Shown here in pieces: positions 58,759-64,000 of a stretch of DNA of 64,000 bases. A program made the translations under genes and the position numbers. How positions within the stretch are numbered: the stretch's first letter is position 1; every line of letters starts with the position of its first letter. This DNA comes from Nitrospirota bacterium (lineage in GTDB: Bacteria; Nitrospirota; UBA9217), in the NCBI GenBank assembly GCA_963790205.1, contig CAWBNQ010000005.1, positions 256,001 through 320,000 on the forward strand, written 5' to 3'. The notes below the pieces were generated by a model. It was not told where the DNA came from. It searched no databases and saw only the letters and a program-made list of their open reading frames with translations.

Positions 58759-59601
58759 TCATGCTTTCCTCCGAGGCGGATGCCTGCGGCGAAGCTTGTC
58801 ACGTGCTGCGACGGCTCGTCCGCGTTGCTGCGCGAAAAAATCATAGAAGCCCGGAAGCAGGTCCCGCATATCGAAGATGCGCAACCTGAGCGAGCCGTCC
58901 TTTTTCAGCTCGTATTCATCTTCGGGAAGGTCTTCATCAAATGGTAAGACAACGGTCCAGTGCGCACCAGCGTATAAGGCGCTGTGTGCGACGAGCCGCC
59001 CTCCGTCAACAATCGCGGCAGGTGGACTCATCGCGGCAGCGGCTATTTCACGAGTTTCGGGTCGAAGGACGACGTTCCCGTACAGCCGGAACTTCTCCAG
59101 TGCTTCCACCGTCCCCTCCAGGAGTGCCCGTCTGCTGGGCTCCTCGTACTCGCTTAGCCGAGCCTCGCGGAATGCTGGGTGGGACGCGACTGATGCACGC
59201 CACGCAATCGATAGGTGAAACGCCATGAATGCCGTGTAGTCAAGGCCGGCGATTCGGATCTCATTGAACTCCGCAGGCACTGACGGTGGCAGAGGTTTAA
59301 GCCAGGACTTCGCGAAGTAATCCTCGTGTCGCTGAAGAAGTTGTTCGCATGCATCGCATAGGAGGCGCTCGCGAAATCCCTTGGCGACCTCGGGGATGTA
59401 ATGGAGATCGCGATCGATCGAAAGGGTGTGTCCTGTTGGGCCATACACCAGCCGCCAAAGGAGTTCCGGGATGATGTGGGACTGCCTGAGCTGGGCTACG
59501 CGTAAGCAGAGCCTACATCGTCCGTTCTTGTCCGCGTTGGGGTCTTTCACGGAAGCTTTCCTAGATGCTACTTCGCTATATTGCCCTCTCTCAACTGGCA
59601 A
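58759..59601 (-). CDS. HNH/His-Me finger-like hypothetical protein (start uncertain)
   Basis: CRLC....L.QSHIIPE...LLC..CE. Confidence 0.7.
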   Translation of the reverse strand: MPVERGQYSEVASRKASVKDPNADKNGRCRLCLRVAQLRQSHIIPELLWRLVYGPTGHTLSIDRDLHYIPEVAKGFRERLLCDACEQLLQRHEDYFAKSWLKPLPPSVPAEFNEIRIAGLDYTAFMAFHLSIAWRASVASHPAFREARLSEYEEPSRRALLEGTVEALEKFRLYGNVVLRPETREIAAAAMSPPAAIVDGGRLVAHSALYAGAHWTVVLPFDEDLPEDEYELKKDGSLRLRIFDMRDLLPGFYDFFAQQRGRAVAARDKLRRRHPPRRKA

Positions 59602-59688
59602 CCAATTATTAGGCGGGTTCGTTCATCTACGAAAATTCGTAACTAAACGACAGATTATGTAAAATTCAATATGACTATATGCTAGAAA

Positions 59689-59907
59689 CTAGGCAATTGT
59701 CAATAACCGTAAAGGGGTATGGGACTCCATGCCGACAATGACAGTAGAAACATCCGGCTGCTGTGCCATTATTGTCTTCAGAAACTTCGAAAACCCTTCA
59801 CTGTCCATGGCACAGTCTTCTGTGAAACAGCGTGTCCCTTTGCCATCGAGGCCAGCGGCAGAAAAGGACTCTTTGGAAACATCGACGCCAACAATCAGAC
59901 TTTCCAT
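59689..59907 (-). pseudogene. IS110-family recombinase N-terminal fragment
   Basis: IVGVDVSK...VGMES then truncation; GGAGGAGG SD. Confidence 0.85.
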
Positions 59908-59935
59908 CGATCCCTCCTCCGTGCAAGATTTAGAC

Positions 59936-60073
59936 AGGCAGGAAACGCCTCCCGACCAATCCTCCATCGTTACCAGGGCTCGTTGTCCCAATCAACCTAT
60001 CATGGCTAAGGGAGGCAGGGAACAGACTGAAGTCAGGGCTCAAAGGCCTAGGAAGTAGTAAGCTCTCCTGCCT
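59936..60073 (-). ncRNA. putative IS110 bridge-RNA-like non-coding leader
   Basis: Non-coding DNA directly upstream of the IS110 gene, closed by an AGGCAGGAGAGC / GCGTTTCCTGCCT stem. Confidence 0.55.
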
Positions 60074-60312
60074 TTCTATAACATCTATATAGCACAACTA
60101 ATCGTAGGAGGAAGAAAGTGGCCATACCCATCCAAATACGCATTCAGGAAATAATTGATAGGCGTGGTGGGGACGAATTTGCGGAACACCGCTTGGATCA
60201 AGCACGCTGAAGATTCAAGGAAGGTGGTATGGCTGACACCAAGGGCGAGAAAGGAAATGATGTTGAACTTTGCTTAATAAGGGACAGGTTGAAGAGACTG
60301 CCCTGAAAATTA

Positions 60313-60885
60313 TCACAAACTGCCGCATTTTTCCTTGTAAATCAACTTCAGGCGTCCTTCGGGTTTATCGTTCATAACCTCAAGCATTATGCATCCGCTG
60401 GGCGTGCTCCAGATATCAAGTCTCTGGTAAAACGATATTTCCTCAGGTTTTGCTGATTTCGACGGCGTCCCGAACTCCGAGACCAAGACATTGAGAAACT
60501 CTTTGTAAGTGTCCAAAAGGTTATCGCGCGTTTTTAATTGGTTTTGTTCAATCTTGCCTTCAAATGTAATTTCGACCTCGTAAAGTTGTGAACTGATAAA
60601 TCTTAAAATCGTTTCTTTTATCGGAGGCGTGAAAAGGTCATCCTTCCTGGCGATCCCGAACCCCCTGGAGAAATCAACGCCCTGGAATTCTTTTATCCTG
60701 TTGCAGAAGTAATAGTCTCCTTCTTTGCCAACCGTGAAATAAGGCCCGCACTTATCCTTAGCATTTTCAGGTGTCATTCTCCAATATAGGCCGGCATATC
60801 CGGTAATGTCCTTCTTTTCTCTCGCACCCGCAGATTGGCCGAAAAAAAAGGCACAAGACAAGATAATGGCAATTAAATATTTCAT
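60313..60885 (-). CDS. exported hypothetical protein
   Basis: Signal peptide MKYLIAIIL...AGA|; GAGGAG SD. Confidence 0.7.
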   Translation of the reverse strand: MKYLIAIILSCAFFFGQSAGAREKKDITGYAGLYWRMTPENAKDKCGPYFTVGKEGDYYFCNRIKEFQGVDFSRGFGIARKDDLFTPPIKETILRFISSQLYEVEITFEGKIEQNQLKTRDNLLDTYKEFLNVLVSEFGTPSKSAKPEEISFYQRLDIWSTPSGCIMLEVMNDKPEGRLKLIYKEKCGSL

Positions 60886-61098
60886 GCTCTCCTCGTTTGA
60901 TGTTCCCATAATACTCATTCTCTGAACTCTTGTCTATATAATCATTGCTGCTTTTGAGTTGAAGTATGAATGTTCCTGAATGACGCAACTACCGCAAAGT
61001 ACAGGAAGGAGAGCTCACCATAAACTACAATCTGTACACATCACTGCTTGCAACCTAATCATTGTCAGCGCTAAATGATACCATCGCCACATACAGGA

Positions 61099-61416
61099 CT
61101 AAGGGTCAATCGACCAAAGCCCGGAGTAGTTCCGAATAGACTGAAATTTCACGCCTAGCGCCACAAAAATGTCTCGCTGCGTGAGCATCTCCTTCAGGGT
61201 ATTCATTTGCTGAGCAGCTGGGAGCGACTCCCAAATGCTCACATTGACCAGGCTATTGGAAGTAGAATCGATCGACACGTAATAGTGAATTAGTCCGGGG
61301 AGCGCGCGCAAGGCGGGTTCCAAAATAGACCTGCCTTCTTTAAGTCTAGCAGCGACGATATCGTATTGCTGTGGCTCGAAGAAATCTTGTGAAACGCGAA
61401 CAACAGGTTCAGACAT
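61099..61416 (-). CDS. ABM-like (dimeric alpha-beta barrel) protein
   Basis: L.PA...LPGL..YY, NVSIWES...A; GGAGG SD. Confidence 0.7.
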   Translation of the reverse strand: MSEPVVRVSQDFFEPQQYDIVAARLKEGRSILEPALRALPGLIHYYVSIDSTSNSLVNVSIWESLPAAQQMNTLKEMLTQRDIFVALGVKFQSIRNYSGLWSIDP

Positions 61417-61597
61417 AGGACCTCCGAGTAAAAAACGGATGATGCCTAACAAGTGGCCTTCTCACGAATATAAATCCAATCATGATTTAATTCTTATATA
61501 GCGTGTAAGGGTTGTCGTCTCAATCCTTATTGATTGTGGGTAGCTGCATGCGGTCAAAAAAACATAAACCACGTATAGAAATGACAATGGCAATGCA

Positions 61598-63754
61598 TCA
61601 TCTATCAAGTACCTCACGGACCTTTTTGAGAAATTCCTGAGGAGAAACCGGTTTGTACAAAAAGTGTACTGCCCCGTCGAGCAGTTCCTTCTGCTGCATG
61701 CTGTCTAGGGGATATCCGCTCTGGAAAAGAATCTTTGCGTGAGGGCGCATTTTCATGATCGCATCCCCAGCTTCTTTGCCGCTCATCTTGGGCATGACAA
61801 TATCAAGTACCACCAAGTGAATAGCATCCTGGTTTTCCTGAAACTTGCGCACGGCTTCTTGGCCATCCTTTGCCTCTATGACACGATATCCAAAATCCTT
61901 CAAAAAAGTGGAGATGATATTCCGAAGCGAGTTATCATCTTCGGCTACCAGGATCGTTTCCGAACCGCCTTTAACACTTTCGAGTTGTGTCGACGCCGTC
62001 GTGTCTACCTCGGCCTTGGTTAACGGCAGATAGATTTTAAAAGTCGTGCCTTTACCGAGTTCGCTATAAACATTAATATATCCGTTGTGCTGTTTGATGA
62101 TTCCATATACGATGGCAAGACCCAGCCCGGTGCCTTTCCCCACATCCTTCGTAGTATAGAAGGGTTCAAATATTTTCTTTAATGATCTTTCATCAATACC
62201 GCTGCCAGTGTCCGTAACAGAGATCAGGGCATAGGCTCCTTTCGTGCCGTATCCATGAACTCTACAAAATCCTTCGTCGAGTTTAACCATATCTGTTGAG
62301 ATGTACAGGGATCCCCCAGAGGGCATAGCATCCCGGGCATTCACCGCCAGGTTCATGAGAACCTGTTCTATCTGTCCACTATCGGCTAAAATGCCCAATT
62401 CTCTGTCGTAGAGCTTGACATCAAGGCTGACGTCTTCCCCGATAATTCTTACGAGCAGCTTCTGCATCCGCTTCACGATCTCGTTCAGTTTAACGGGCGT
62501 CATCCTTATGATCTGCTTCCTACTGAAGGCGAGGAGGCCCTGAGTCAACTGGGCAGCCCTGTTTGACGACTCCATGATATGGTCAACATTCAGCCGCAGC
62601 GGGTCATCGTTATTCATTTTCATCTGAAGCAAGCTGCCATATCCGATGATCGCGGAAAGGATGTTGTTGAAGTCATGAGCAATACCGCCTGCGAGTGTGC
62701 CAATGGCCTCCATCTTCTGTGCATGATATAATTGCACCTCGAGCCCCTTTTTTTCCGTAATATCGCTGATGGTCTCGATGGCCGATACGATGTTTCCCGA
62801 GCCGTCGTAAAGAGGATATGCCTTGGTTTCTACATAGACATTTCCGCCAACAGCATCATGGTGGGTGTGAATGGCGGTATGGGGTTTTCCAGTTTTAAAG
62901 GCGCGCCTGACAGAGCAGTTTTCTCCGATTGTATAACAAGGTTTGTTGACGCGATAGGTCAACTCGTAGCAATGCTTGCCAACAACGTTTTCGAGTGTCA
63001 TCCCCACGGTGTTTAAGTATGCCCTGTTTGCAGAAAGTATTTTCATATCCCGGTCAACAACAATAAACCCTTCATCTACGGTTTCAAGAATATTGTGAAT
63101 AAATTTCTCGCTCTCCTTCAGTTTGTATTCATTTTTTAGAAGTTCGGTTTTCATCTTTTCGAAATAGATCAGCAGCATAGCGATTGCCGCAGTGATCCCA
63201 AGTGACTCGCCGAGCGAATACCCCCAAGGCGCAAACCAGGTAATGTCCCTCAAAAAGGGATAATCTCCCTTATGTATACCCCACATAATAAAGGTCCAGC
63301 CAATAAGGTACTTTCCGATGCCCTTAAGGTCATGAGAGCGAAGAAAGACAATACCAGTCCATATATAGATGGCCGCCAAAAAGGTAAAGGTTGGAACGGT
63401 CAGCGAGAAAAAACTGAAATCTGACATGATCGCCACGACAATCCACAATGCAAGAAGGACTGTGCTGAAAAGCCAAACCTTCGACTTGCCGCGACCAAGG
63501 AACATTGAAACGCCCCAAACGAGAAGCAACCCGCTGACAAGGGCGAGTTCGTGATACCCGATATCAAACGCCTTATTTTTGCCAAAAAGGAGCGCCAGTA
63601 TAAGGAAGCAAAATCTGAGGAAGTATAAAGCCCAGCTTATGCACCAGATAGCAAGATAGCGGTGGCGATCCTGTGTGTATAGGTAGAAGTAAACCAAGGA
63701 CAGCAAAAAGCTACCTGTCATAGAAGCAAGTGTTGCCGGCAACAACCAGCTCAT
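61598..63754 (-). CDS. multi-TM PAS hybrid histidine kinase (kinase plus REC)
   Basis: ~7 TM helices, PAS, AHDFNN, NARDAM, GTGLGL, C-terminal REC. Confidence 0.95.
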   Translation of the reverse strand: MSWLLPATLASMTGSFLLSLVYFYLYTQDRHRYLAIWCISWALYFLRFCFLILALLFGKNKAFDIGYHELALVSGLLLVWGVSMFLGRGKSKVWLFSTVLLALWIVVAIMSDFSFFSLTVPTFTFLAAIYIWTGIVFLRSHDLKGIGKYLIGWTFIMWGIHKGDYPFLRDITWFAPWGYSLGESLGITAAIAMLLIYFEKMKTELLKNEYKLKESEKFIHNILETVDEGFIVVDRDMKILSANRAYLNTVGMTLENVVGKHCYELTYRVNKPCYTIGENCSVRRAFKTGKPHTAIHTHHDAVGGNVYVETKAYPLYDGSGNIVSAIETISDITEKKGLEVQLYHAQKMEAIGTLAGGIAHDFNNILSAIIGYGSLLQMKMNNDDPLRLNVDHIMESSNRAAQLTQGLLAFSRKQIIRMTPVKLNEIVKRMQKLLVRIIGEDVSLDVKLYDRELGILADSGQIEQVLMNLAVNARDAMPSGGSLYISTDMVKLDEGFCRVHGYGTKGAYALISVTDTGSGIDERSLKKIFEPFYTTKDVGKGTGLGLAIVYGIIKQHNGYINVYSELGKGTTFKIYLPLTKAEVDTTASTQLESVKGGSETILVAEDDNSLRNIISTFLKDFGYRVIEAKDGQEAVRKFQENQDAIHLVVLDIVMPKMSGKEAGDAIMKMRPHAKILFQSGYPLDSMQQKELLDGAVHFLYKPVSPQEFLKKVREVLDR

Positions 63755-63922
63755 AGATTTATCCTTTTGTCATCCCTTCGTCATGTTACAAGTGATAATC
63801 GCTTCTAAACGATGCTATCCCCTCAGGCCGCTTTCTCTGCGCGGTCATCTCTTTGAAGACCCGCTCCATTTTCACAGTAGTGACATGCTCTCCCATGTTG
63901 ATATCGCCTTTTCCGTGATGTT

Positions 63923-64000
63923 CTATCTTTTTTCGACAAGGCTTTTTATTTTGTCGAGCAAATCGTAAACCTCAAAGGGTTTTTCTAAATATTCGCATAC
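63923..64000 (-). CDS. 3' end of a response-regulator receiver domain (runs off window)
   Basis: VCEYLEKPFEVYDLLDKIKSLVEKR-stop. Confidence 0.7.
   Translation of the reverse strand, partial: VCEYLEKPFEVYDLLDKIKSLVEKR

Noticed and set aside
1..64000. CRISPR array, cas genes, tRNA, rRNA, integron integrase, relaxase/oriT
   Set aside because: No regularly spaced repeats or recognisable motifs found by eye.

Overview
Bacterial accessory or mosaic region. Gene content suggests an anaerobe or microaerophile such as Nitrospirota or Desulfobacterota; this is an inference. (1) 1-3.2 kb looks like the leading region of a conjugative element: radC, ardC, a DUF6573-like gene and small genes, with two copies of a ~290-bp multi-hairpin repeat upstream of them. 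(2) 3.4-13.8 kb holds small cargo genes, gene remnants, a heme-c GGDEF/EAL protein, a PilZ protein and a RAPP-type leader peptide. (3) 13.9-36 kb is a minus-strand redox and c-di-GMP signalling island: a complete che cluster, HD-GYP and GGDEF proteins, a CZB protein, two hemerythrins, rubrerythrin, a heme-c kinase with a sigma54 activator and two duplicated sigma54 promoter/UAS modules, and rrf2-cydAB. (4) 36.6-46.8 kb is heavily decayed: group II RT, IS1182 and ECF remnants, an IS630 and a truncated P-type ATPase, surrounding a split-Soret cytochrome/tatA unit and USP genes. (5) 46.9-56.4 kb has an ORF-less group IIC intron inserted in an integron attC site. It also has a co-oriented cluster of a 4TM protein, a gingipain/caspase-fold protease, a TPR-CHAT protease, a lipoprotein and a papain-like protease, preceded by a c-di-GMP-I riboswitch; this is the best candidate for an undescribed system. 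(6) 56.6-64 kb contains an IS4, an HNH-like gene, an IS110 remnant with its bridge-RNA-like leader, and a hybrid histidine kinase. No rRNA, tRNA or CRISPR array was seen. All calls come from motif recognition by eye; no database searches were run.
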